A stretch of 32,000 nt of DNA from Pseudoalteromonas translucida KMM 520 (lineage in GTDB: Bacteria; Pseudomonadota; Gammaproteobacteria; Enterobacterales; Alteromonadaceae): assembly GCF_001465295.1 (NCBI RefSeq), contig NZ_CP011035.1, positions 720,001-752,000 on the forward strand, given 5' to 3'. The notes under the pieces are model-generated. The model worked only from the letters and a program-made list of their open reading frames with translations. It did no database searches and had not been told where the DNA came from. Position 1 is the first letter of the stretch; every line of letters begins with the position of its first letter. Position numbers and translations under genes: made by a program. Positions 16,918 through 24,914 of this stretch are shown here, one piece after another.

Positions 16918-17988
16918 ATGACGCATTTTATAGCACAGCCAAAACAAGGCGTTCCTTTTGTTAGCGTACAAACAATGGCACAGCTTATAAATAAACTCGG
17001 CATAGAAAATGTTTTACAACAGCTAACAAAGCGACTAGAAACAGACTTTGCTCGTTGGCAGCAGTTTGATAAATCCCCGCGTTATGCAGCGCATTCACCA
17101 GAGGGCGTAATAGAGCTTATGCCAGTGAGCGACGGCGAACTATTTAGCTGTAAGTATGTAAACGGGCATCCTAAAAATACCTTTAGAGAGCTGCAAACCG
17201 TTGCTGCATTTGGTATTTTAGCTGATGTAGATAGTGGTTATCCGGTTATGATCAGCGAAATGTGCCTACTTACCGCACTCAGAACTGCAGCGACTTCAGC
17301 ATTAGTCGCCAAATATTTAGCCCCTAAAAATGCAACCACACTAACGCTAATTGGTAACGGTGCGCAGTCTGAGTTTCAGGCGTTGGCATTTAAAAGTGTA
17401 CTGGGTATTACTCATATTCGTTTATACGATATAGACCCAAGTGCGTCGCAAAAAGCATTCAATAACCTCACTGCCTATGGCTTAAACGTCACTATTTGTA
17501 ACAGTGCAGCAGAGGCTGTAAAAGGTGCGCATATAATAACAACCTGCACTGCAGATAAAACGAATGCCACAATTTTAACCAGCGAGATGATCCCACAAGG
17601 CGTGCATATAAATGCCATTGGTGGCGACTGCCCAGGTAAAACAGAATTAGATGCAAAGCTGCTGGAACGCGCCGCTGTATTTGTAGAGTACGAGCCACAA
17701 ACACGTATTGAAGGTGAAATTCAACAAATGAGTGCAGATTTTGCTGTAACTGAATTTCATCAAGTTATTAATGGGCAAGCTTGCGGGCGTGAAAGCCAGC
17801 AACAACTGACTATTTTTGATGGCGTGGGCTTTGCCAGCGAAGACTTTACGGCATTAGCGTTTATTCGCGATCAGCTCATTGCAACGGGGCAGTACAGCTT
17901 GCTTGATTTAATTACCCAGCAAGCCGATCCGCGTAATTTGTTTTCGGTTTTAACCGCTCAACATACGCAGCAAGAGAGTGTGGCATAA
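16918..17988 (+). CDS. ocd: Ornithine cyclodeaminase / mu-crystallin family enzyme
   Basis: 356 aa. Rossmann motif LTLIGNGAQSEFQA. Family strings are KYVNGHPKN, ALRTAATSALVAKYLAP, VHINAIGGDCPGKTELD and FDGVGFA. Confidence 0.88.
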   Translation: MTHFIAQPKQGVPFVSVQTMAQLINKLGIENVLQQLTKRLETDFARWQQFDKSPRYAAHSPEGVIELMPVSDGELFSCKYVNGHPKNTFRELQTVAAFGILADVDSGYPVMISEMCLLTALRTAATSALVAKYLAPKNATTLTLIGNGAQSEFQALAFKSVLGITHIRLYDIDPSASQKAFNNLTAYGLNVTICNSAAEAVKGAHIITTCTADKTNATILTSEMIPQGVHINAIGGDCPGKTELDAKLLERAAVFVEYEPQTRIEGEIQQMSADFAVTEFHQVINGQACGRESQQQLTIFDGVGFASEDFTALAFIRDQLIATGQYSLLDLITQQADPRNLFSVLTAQHTQQESVA

Positions 17989-17990
17989 GT

Positions 17991-18896
17991 ATGGTAAACC
18001 AAGCGCCTAATAGTATTGTGATGGTTCGCCCACATCATTTTACCTCTAACCCGCAAACTATGCGTGATAACACATTTCAGCGCAGTTGTTTAACAACTGA
18101 TCAAAGCTTACACGCGTATAACGAAGTAACAAATGCAGTAGAAGTGTTAAAGCAAGAAGGGATCTGCGTTCACCTTTTTGAAGACGAGCATAAAGGTACA
18201 CCCGACTCGGTATTTCCTAATAATTGGTTTACTACTCACCAAAGTGGCGAAATACTAACCTACCCAATGTACGCACAAAGCAGAAGAGCAGAATATCGCA
18301 AAGATATTATTGATTTTTTAACGGATCAATATAAAGTGTCTGCAGTGACTGATTATTCATTTTTAGCGAAAGAAAATTCATACTTAGAAGGCACTGGTTC
18401 ACTGGTTATTGATCATCAATATAAGTTTGCTTATGCGGTTGAATCAAAGCGAACGACACAGTCAGTTGTTAACACAGTATGCGAGCAATTAAAGCTAACC
18501 CCGGTGGTTTTTAATGCCTACGATATGCAAGGCACAGCGGTTTACCATACCAATGTATTAATGTGTTTTGCTACAGAGTTTGCCATGATTGGCTTAGATA
18601 TGGTGCCAAGCGAACAACGCAGGCAGTTAGTAAGCCATTTATTGCAAAGCTATCATCAAGTTATTGAGTTATCGGGCGATCAAATTAATAATTTTTGCGG
18701 CAATGCTATTGAGTTACAAGGTAAAAGCGGACGGATTTTAGCGTTATCAGCAACGGCTTTTAAAGCACTTACTGCAGCGCAAATTAAGGTAATAGAAAAA
18801 AGTGCCAAATTGGTGCCTTTGCCTATTCCTATCATTGAGTCTGCTGGTGGCTCAGTAAGGTGTATGATCGCAGGCATTCATTTACCAACAAAGTAA
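17991..18896 (+). CDS. Guanidino-group-modifying enzyme superfamily hydrolase (arginine deiminase-related / amidinotransferase-like; possibly citrulline-utilisation CtlX-like)
   Basis: 301 aa. The C-terminal GGSVRCM carries the superfamily Cys nucleophile. The N-terminus reads IVMVRPHHFTSNPQT. It starts 2 nt after the ocd stop. Confidence 0.75.
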   Translation: MVNQAPNSIVMVRPHHFTSNPQTMRDNTFQRSCLTTDQSLHAYNEVTNAVEVLKQEGICVHLFEDEHKGTPDSVFPNNWFTTHQSGEILTYPMYAQSRRAEYRKDIIDFLTDQYKVSAVTDYSFLAKENSYLEGTGSLVIDHQYKFAYAVESKRTTQSVVNTVCEQLKLTPVVFNAYDMQGTAVYHTNVLMCFATEFAMIGLDMVPSEQRRQLVSHLLQSYHQVIELSGDQINNFCGNAIELQGKSGRILALSATAFKALTAAQIKVIEKSAKLVPLPIPIIESAGGSVRCMIAGIHLPTK

Positions 18897-18917
18897 ATGT
18901 ATAAAATTTAATAGTAT

Positions 18918-18946
18918 AAGGCAGTATTACTGCCTTTATTATTTTA
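18918..18946 (+). terminator. Rho-independent terminator after the ocd operon
   Basis: AAGGCAG (18918-18924) pairs with CTGCCTT (18930-18936) around the loop TATTA, followed by TATTATTTT. Confidence 0.7.
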
Positions 18947-19008
18947 TAACGTATATTTGTGTCGCTTACAGTGCCTATTTAAATAAGAAATATAACAAGG
19001 AATTAGCA

Positions 19009-20415
19009 ATGTTCGATACCGTAGTAAAAAGTGTAAATGGTATTTTATGGGGAGAGGGCCAAGTCCTCATTTACATTTTATTGTTTGCTGGTATTTGGTT
19101 TTCGGTGCGTTTAAAAGCCATTCAAATACTTAAATTTAAACATATGTTTAGTTTATTAAAAGGCAGCAGCAAATGTAAAAAAGGCGACATATCATCATTT
19201 CAAGCGCTGTGTACTGGTTTATGTGCGCGGGTAGGCACGGGTAACTTAGCAGGTGTTGCCGTTGCTATATCATTGGGTGGCAGTGGTGCCATTTTTTGGA
19301 TGTGGGTTATTGCCATATTAGGCATGGCCACAGGCTTTGCCGAAAGTGTATTAGGTCAAGTATATAAAGTGCGCGACAGCCAAGGCGAGTTTAGAGGCGG
19401 CCCTGCGTATTATATTCAACAAGGATTAGGCAATCGAGCCTTCGCTATTACTTTTGCACTGTGCTTATTTTTAGGTTACGGCTTTACCTTTAGCGCCATG
19501 CAAACCAACACCATTACCGATGCACTTAATTTTGCCTTCGAAATTCCCACTTTTTACTCTGGATTAGTGATCACTGTGTTAGCCGGCTCTATTATTGTGG
19601 GTGGCTTTAAAGCTATCGCCCGCTTTGCTGAGCGCGTGGTACCGGTAATGGGCATAGTGTTTGTGCTTGTTGCAGTTATTATTACCTTAATAAACTTTAC
19701 TCAAGTGCCAGCCATGCTTAAAGATATATTTTTATCAGCATTTGGGCTGCAAGAAGCAGGTGCAGGCGCGATGGGCGCAGCAATAAAAAATGGTATTCAA
19801 CGTGGCCTTTATTCAAACGAAGCGGGCGCGGGCAGTGTGCCACATGCTTCAGCCAGTGCAAGCCCATTGCCTAATCATCCGGTAACACAGGGCTACATTC
19901 AAATGTTAGGGGTGTTTTTCGACACTATAGTATTGTGTAGTTGTACTGCGGTTATTATTTTACTTGCCGACATAGACATAAGCGGCGAAATGGAAGGTAT
20001 ACGTTTAACGCAAAGCGCTATGACCGCTCATTTAGCGCAAGGGGGTGTGTACTTTGTAGCAGCCGCTATTACCTTGTTTGCCTTTACATCAGTTGTAGCC
20101 AACTACGCTTATGCAGAGAGTAACTTACACTTATTTAAACTCGATAACAAAATGGGTCGTGGTATTTATACTTTGCTTTATTTATCAATGATGTTGTGGG
20201 GCGCGTCGGCCACATTAAAGCAAGTATGGGATTTAGCCGATATTGCTTTAGGTTTAATGACAGTGGTTAACGTTATCGCTATTATATTGCTAACCCCAAC
20301 AATATTAGCGGTTACTCGCGATTATCATACACAACGCGAAAAAGGCTTAGAGCCCGAATTTAAAGTAAATGATGTAAAAGTACAGGGCAAATGCGAAACC
20401 GGTATTTGGGACTAG
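19009..20415 (+). CDS. Alanine/glycine:cation symporter (AGCS) family transporter
   Basis: 468 aa and multi-TM. AGCS-typical strings are ISSFQALCTGLCARVGTGNLAGVAVAISLGGSGAIFWMW and GLYSNEAGAGS. Confidence 0.9.
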   Translation: MFDTVVKSVNGILWGEGQVLIYILLFAGIWFSVRLKAIQILKFKHMFSLLKGSSKCKKGDISSFQALCTGLCARVGTGNLAGVAVAISLGGSGAIFWMWVIAILGMATGFAESVLGQVYKVRDSQGEFRGGPAYYIQQGLGNRAFAITFALCLFLGYGFTFSAMQTNTITDALNFAFEIPTFYSGLVITVLAGSIIVGGFKAIARFAERVVPVMGIVFVLVAVIITLINFTQVPAMLKDIFLSAFGLQEAGAGAMGAAIKNGIQRGLYSNEAGAGSVPHASASASPLPNHPVTQGYIQMLGVFFDTIVLCSCTAVIILLADIDISGEMEGIRLTQSAMTAHLAQGGVYFVAAAITLFAFTSVVANYAYAESNLHLFKLDNKMGRGIYTLLYLSMMLWGASATLKQVWDLADIALGLMTVVNVIAIILLTPTILAVTRDYHTQREKGLEPEFKVNDVKVQGKCETGIWD

Positions 20416-20447
20416 TTAACGTATTTTAAGTCACTTTTAGCATTAAT

Positions 20448-20485
20448 AAACGGTTTTATGGTAGCATAAAACCGTTTTTACTTTT
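20448..20485 (+). terminator. Rho-independent terminator after the symporter gene
   Basis: AAACGGTTTTATG (20448-20460) pairs with CATAAAACCGTTT (20465-20477) around the loop GTAG, followed by TTACTTTT. Confidence 0.8.
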
Positions 20486-20599
20486 GCATAATTATGCTAT
20501 TTCAAGCCTAGCAATATACAAAGTAAGTAATAAATATATGCCATTAAATAGTAAATAAGCAGCGCAATTAAACACAGATTTAATAGGTTGAATTTTTAG

Positions 20600-21625
20600 A
20601 TGATCAACATTTACGCAGGTAAAACTGCTGCAAAAGTAATAAATGAGCAGGGGTTTAAACCTGAATTATTCAGCTCATTTTTAGGTGCCAGCGGCGGGCC
20701 AAAATGGTTTACCTTGTTTGGTTTAGACAAGTATATATTTGGCGAGTTTTTTAAAAACCATAGACAACCGCTTAACTTAATTGGCTCATCGGCCGGTGCA
20801 TTTCGCTCAGCGTGTTTTGCCCAAAACGATCCGGTTGCAGCAATTGAGCGCTTAGCAAAATCGTATTCGCAAACGCGCTATTCTAGTAATAAACCCACGC
20901 CAGCGGAAATAACATTAAAAGCCCGCGCACTGCTTGAAGTTGTTTTTGGCAATAACGGCGTGGCCGAAATTATAAATAACCCCGTATTTAAAGCACATTT
21001 TATAGTGGCAAAATCGAATGGATTTATAGCCAGCGAAAATAAATTATTACAGCTTATGGGTTTATCAAAAAGTTATATGCTTAATCGAGTAAATCGAAAG
21101 TACTTAAGTTCACAATATGAGCGTTTTATATTTGGCCCAGCAACAAGCGACTTATCAATTACCGACAGCTATAATTTTAAAACACAAAAAATAGCGCTTA
21201 CCCAAAATAATTTAAAAGATGCATTACTTGCATCGGGTTCTATACCTTTAGTTATGCAAGGGATTAAAAATATTTCCGGTTCACCGCTTGGCATGTATCG
21301 CGATGGCGGAATTATTGACTACCACTTTGATTTAAAAATTAACAACCCAGGACTCATTTTATATCCACACTTTAATAGCGACCCAAAAGCAGGGTGGTTT
21401 GATAAAAATTTAAAACGTAAAGTGTCACCACTTAATTACGATAACGTGGTGATGATCACGCCATCAAAAGAATTTATAGCAGGCTTACCGTACGGAAAAA
21501 TTCCAGATAGAAATGATTTTACCGATCTAGATGCAGACACACGCATTAAATATTGGAATACAGTATTTAGTGAAACAGAAAAGTTGGCAGAGGCGTTTGA
21601 TGCGAGATTAGCCGAAATGTATTAG
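20600..21625 (+). CDS. Patatin-like phospholipase family protein (divergent subfamily)
   Basis: 341 aa. G-x-S-x-G elbow GSSAGAF and catalytic Asp in RDGGIIDYH. The glycine-rich loop is atypical (GASGGPKWF). Confidence 0.8.
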   Translation: MINIYAGKTAAKVINEQGFKPELFSSFLGASGGPKWFTLFGLDKYIFGEFFKNHRQPLNLIGSSAGAFRSACFAQNDPVAAIERLAKSYSQTRYSSNKPTPAEITLKARALLEVVFGNNGVAEIINNPVFKAHFIVAKSNGFIASENKLLQLMGLSKSYMLNRVNRKYLSSQYERFIFGPATSDLSITDSYNFKTQKIALTQNNLKDALLASGSIPLVMQGIKNISGSPLGMYRDGGIIDYHFDLKINNPGLILYPHFNSDPKAGWFDKNLKRKVSPLNYDNVVMITPSKEFIAGLPYGKIPDRNDFTDLDADTRIKYWNTVFSETEKLAEAFDARLAEMY

Positions 21626-21740
21626 CGATAGGAAGCTATAAATAACAACCCATAAATTACGTTATGTTAAATTGAGTGGTTTAAAAGAAAGCGAGGATGA
21701 TTATTCAAATCAGCTCGCTTTTAGGAGAGTAATTTAGGGG

Positions 21741-22304
21741 TTAATTAAGCTCAGAGTCGACCCAAAACTTAGTACCTTTTAATACTGCTTGTAGTGCAAG
21801 GCCGCTTTCGGTCAAAGAATAAACAGTAACTTGGTCTGCTATTGCTTCGGCAACTAATGCACCGCCTTTTTCTTTATATTTAGCTGCTGCATCTGCGTTT
21901 CCGCCAAATGCCCAACCGTGTTCAATAAATCTGTTTAGTGCCGCTTGGTTATGAAAAACCATAACAACGTTAAAGTCTTTAACACCTAAACCTAGGCCTA
22001 AACCGGCTTCGCCCATATTCATGTAAGTAGATTTGCCCGTTAGGTTATTTTTAATAACACCATAACCACCACCAAAACTAGCTAAAACAACATTGACGTT
22101 GGCATTATCAAAAACAGCATAACCTGCAGAATTAGCAATTTGCTTTTTAACATCTGGTTTTATAGCGTAAAGTTTACTTAATGTATTTGATTCCATGCTA
22201 TGTACTAATGCACGTTTTTCGCTTGGTGAAGCGCTGCCTGTTGTTGCACAACCAGTGAGTGCGAGTGTAAATACGACCATGCTTAGCAAAATAAATCTTT
22301 TCAT
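21741..22304 (-). CDS. SYLF (DUF500/Ysc84-like) lipid-binding domain lipoprotein
   Basis: 187 aa. Lipobox LALTGCATT. SYLF-like core YAVFDNANVNVVLASFGGGYGVIKN...GEAGLGLGLGVKDFNVVMVFHN...GNADAAAKY. RBS AAGGAAA lies upstream. Confidence 0.8.
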   Translation of the reverse strand: MKRFILLSMVVFTLALTGCATTGSASPSEKRALVHSMESNTLSKLYAIKPDVKKQIANSAGYAVFDNANVNVVLASFGGGYGVIKNNLTGKSTYMNMGEAGLGLGLGVKDFNVVMVFHNQAALNRFIEHGWAFGGNADAAAKYKEKGGALVAEAIADQVTVYSLTESGLALQAVLKGTKFWVDSELN

Positions 22305-22442
22305 GAATTTTCCTTAAATAACATTTATAACTAGCAAGTATGCAATTACAAAATAATAGAATCTATTTATGTCCAATACTAGACAGTATCGGACTTTATG
22401 GTTAATCTATAAGTCTATTATTTTATTGAATATTTTATTACT

Positions 22443-23654
22443 ATGCTAGTTGCTTTGGTTGATACGTTAAAACAATTGAGATATCAAATTGCTCATCTTG
22501 AAGATAATACTTTAAATTCAGAATATCCAGAACTGGCTACCTTTATACAGCAAGTTGGCTTGACTGTAACTGAATCAAAACAAGATCTTACCTTCTTATA
22601 CCAGTTTTTATATGTTTATGGTCGCAAATCGGAAGCAACCTATAGTCGATTTAGAAGTGAACTTGAACGTTTTTATTTATGGGCATGGTTAGTCGCTGAA
22701 AAGTCAGTATTTGATTTAAAGCGCGAAGATATTGAAGGTTATGTAGATTTTGTTGTTGAACCAGATAAAGCCTGGGCTACAACATCAGTACAATGGCGTT
22801 ATAAAGACGAACAAGGTATTCGCCGCTTAAATACAAATTGGCGCCCTTTCATCCAAAAAGAATCAATTGCTAGCCAACAAACATTATCGGCAATGTTTAC
22901 TGCACTTAACGTATTTTATAAATTTGCTATTTTAGAAGAAAAAACCTTTGCAAATTTTGTGCCGGTAGTAAAAAAGAATAGCCCCTATTTGGTGGTTCAA
23001 TCGCAAATACAGATCCCCGATACGCTAAGCGATATACAATGGGAATATGTGTTTGGGGTAACGCGCGACTTATGTGAGCAACAACCTGATCTAGAAAGAA
23101 ATTTATTTACTCTGGCATGTTTAAAAGGATTATATTTACGAATATCCGAATTGTCAGAGCGGCCACAATGGTCGCCCGTTATGTCGCATTTTTGGCAAGA
23201 CAACGATGGCTTTTGGTTTTTGCGTATTATGGGTAAGGGTAATAAATTACGAGATGTAACTCTAAGCGATGATTTTGTTGAATATTTAAAACGCTACCGA
23301 CTTTATCGTGGTTTACCTGCCCTACCACGCGTTGATGAATCTGATCCCTTAGTGCATAAAATTCGTGGCCAAGGTGGCATGACTGTTAGGCAAATACGAC
23401 GTTTGGTACAACAAAGTTTTGACTTAGCTCAGCAATCTTTACTCGATGATGGTTTTAAAGATGATTCTGAACAACTTGAAGCTGCAACCGCACATTGGCT
23501 TAGACATACAGGTGCAACACACGATGCGCAAACACGACCACTCAAACATTTATCTGAAGATTTAGGACACGCAAAAATAGCAACTACAGACCAAATTTAT
23601 ATTCAAACAAATATAAAAGAACGTGCAAAATCTGGTTTAAAAAGGAAAATATAA
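22443..23654 (+). CDS. Tyrosine-type site-specific recombinase/integrase
   Basis: 403 aa. N-terminal SAM-like core-binding region (YSRFRSELERFYLWAW...EDIEGYVDF). Catalytic residues: R in GLYLRISEL, K in GKGNKLRDV, H-x-x-R in AHWLRHTGAT, and H...Y in LGHAKIATTDQIY. Confidence 0.9.
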   Translation: MLVALVDTLKQLRYQIAHLEDNTLNSEYPELATFIQQVGLTVTESKQDLTFLYQFLYVYGRKSEATYSRFRSELERFYLWAWLVAEKSVFDLKREDIEGYVDFVVEPDKAWATTSVQWRYKDEQGIRRLNTNWRPFIQKESIASQQTLSAMFTALNVFYKFAILEEKTFANFVPVVKKNSPYLVVQSQIQIPDTLSDIQWEYVFGVTRDLCEQQPDLERNLFTLACLKGLYLRISELSERPQWSPVMSHFWQDNDGFWFLRIMGKGNKLRDVTLSDDFVEYLKRYRLYRGLPALPRVDESDPLVHKIRGQGGMTVRQIRRLVQQSFDLAQQSLLDDGFKDDSEQLEAATAHWLRHTGATHDAQTRPLKHLSEDLGHAKIATTDQIYIQTNIKERAKSGLKRKI

Positions 23655-24847
23655 TGGAATATTTAGTCATTACTTTTATTGGCAGTTTGTTTTTAATTTA
23701 TTCATTAACAATCCGACAATTAGAAAGAACCGAAATCACTGGCCCAATGTTTTTTGTGATTGGAGGAATAGCACTAGCTTGGTTTATACCAGAGGAAGTT
23801 GAACAATTAAAAAATGGTGGGGCTTATATATTACCTTTAATTGAATTAACTTTAAGTTTGTTTTTATTTACCGACGCTACAAAAACAAAACTGAGCGTTT
23901 TAAAGCACAGTTTTCAGTACCCGAGTTTATTGTTATTTGTTGCCCTCCCCCTTACCTTGTTGTTAGGTATTGGTACTGCATTATTTTTATTTGCAGAGTT
24001 AACACTTATACAAGCTGCATTATTAGCAATTATTTTAACACCAACCGATGCAGCGCTCAGTAAAGGATTATTAGAAAGTACACAAGTACCTGAAAATATT
24101 CGCGAAGGAATAAATACTGAAAGTGGTTTAAATGATGGTTTATGTGTACCTGTATTTTTAATTTTTTTGTTATTAGCTAATAACCCCGAGCTTGGGATCA
24201 CCGCTTCACAAACTATGATTATTTTTACTCGAGAACTAGGTATAGCACTATTTATAGCAATTGCGAGTGTTGCGATATTTATACCTACTTTAAACTTTGC
24301 CATGCAACGTCATTATTTTGCACAAAAAACCAGTCCTTTTTTGCTGGTAGGTTTTGCAATGGCGATATTTTCTGTGACACAGTACTTCCATAGTAGTGGT
24401 TTTATTGCAGTGTTTGTAGCTGGTTTATTGTTTGACCGGTTTTCTCCAGAGTCGATACGTTGTGAAATTGTTGAAGACTCAGAGCACATAGCCGATTTTG
24501 CAGCATTATTAATTTGGTGTTTATTTGGTTTTGTAAGTGCCTATTTGGTTTTACCAAAACTAAATTTTGAAATAATAATTTATGCTTTACTTAGTGCAAC
24601 TTTGATTAGAATAATTCCGGTTATGTTGTCACTGCAATTTACTGCGCTGAATATAAAAGAGCGATTTACTTTTGCTTGGTTTGGACCAAGAGGTCTAGCA
24701 TCGATAGTATTTACGTTAATGGTAATTGATACTCAAATAGAAAATAAATATCAGATTGCGACAATTGCCATGACTACTATTTTATTTAGTGTATTTATTC
24801 ATGGCATAAGTACTAAGCCAATTGCAGATAGTTTTGCTAAAAAGTAA
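23654..24847 (+). CDS. Cation:proton antiporter (CPA1 / Na+-H+ exchanger family)
   Basis: 397 aa with about 11-12 hydrophobic helices. Exchanger-type strings are LLAIILTPTDAALS and ESGLNDGLCVP. The ATG shares a base with the recombinase stop (TAATG at 23652-23656). GGA-rich RBS at 23644-23646. Confidence 0.85.
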   Translation: MEYLVITFIGSLFLIYSLTIRQLERTEITGPMFFVIGGIALAWFIPEEVEQLKNGGAYILPLIELTLSLFLFTDATKTKLSVLKHSFQYPSLLLFVALPLTLLLGIGTALFLFAELTLIQAALLAIILTPTDAALSKGLLESTQVPENIREGINTESGLNDGLCVPVFLIFLLLANNPELGITASQTMIIFTRELGIALFIAIASVAIFIPTLNFAMQRHYFAQKTSPFLLVGFAMAIFSVTQYFHSSGFIAVFVAGLLFDRFSPESIRCEIVEDSEHIADFAALLIWCLFGFVSAYLVLPKLNFEIIIYALLSATLIRIIPVMLSLQFTALNIKERFTFAWFGPRGLASIVFTLMVIDTQIENKYQIATIAMTTILFSVFIHGISTKPIADSFAKK

Positions 24848-24865
24848 AAAGTAAAAAGTAAAAAT
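24838..24865 (+). repeat. Four tandem heptamers, TAAAAAG x3 then TAAAAAT, spanning the antiporter stop codon
   Basis: Read directly from the sequence. Copies start at 24838, 24845, 24852 and 24859. With period 7, TAA triplets fall in all three forward frames. Confidence 0.9.
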
Positions 24866-24896
24866 GCGTAACTTTATTTATAAAGTTACGCATTTT
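24861..24896. terminator. Bidirectional terminator between convergent antiporter and ydiJ genes
   Basis: Perfect 16-bp stem: AAAATGCGTAACTTTA (24861-24876) pairs with TAAAGTTACGCATTTT (24881-24896) around a 4-nt loop. A-rich on the left and T-rich on the right. Confidence 0.85.
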
Positions 24897-24914
24897 TAAT
24901 CTGTCTAATAAAGT

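Noticed and set aside
21688-21721. A hairpin AAAGCGAG / CTCGCTTT between patatin-2 and the SYLF gene, as a terminator.
   Set aside because: The stem is only 8 bp with an 18-nt loop. It is too weak to list as a feature.
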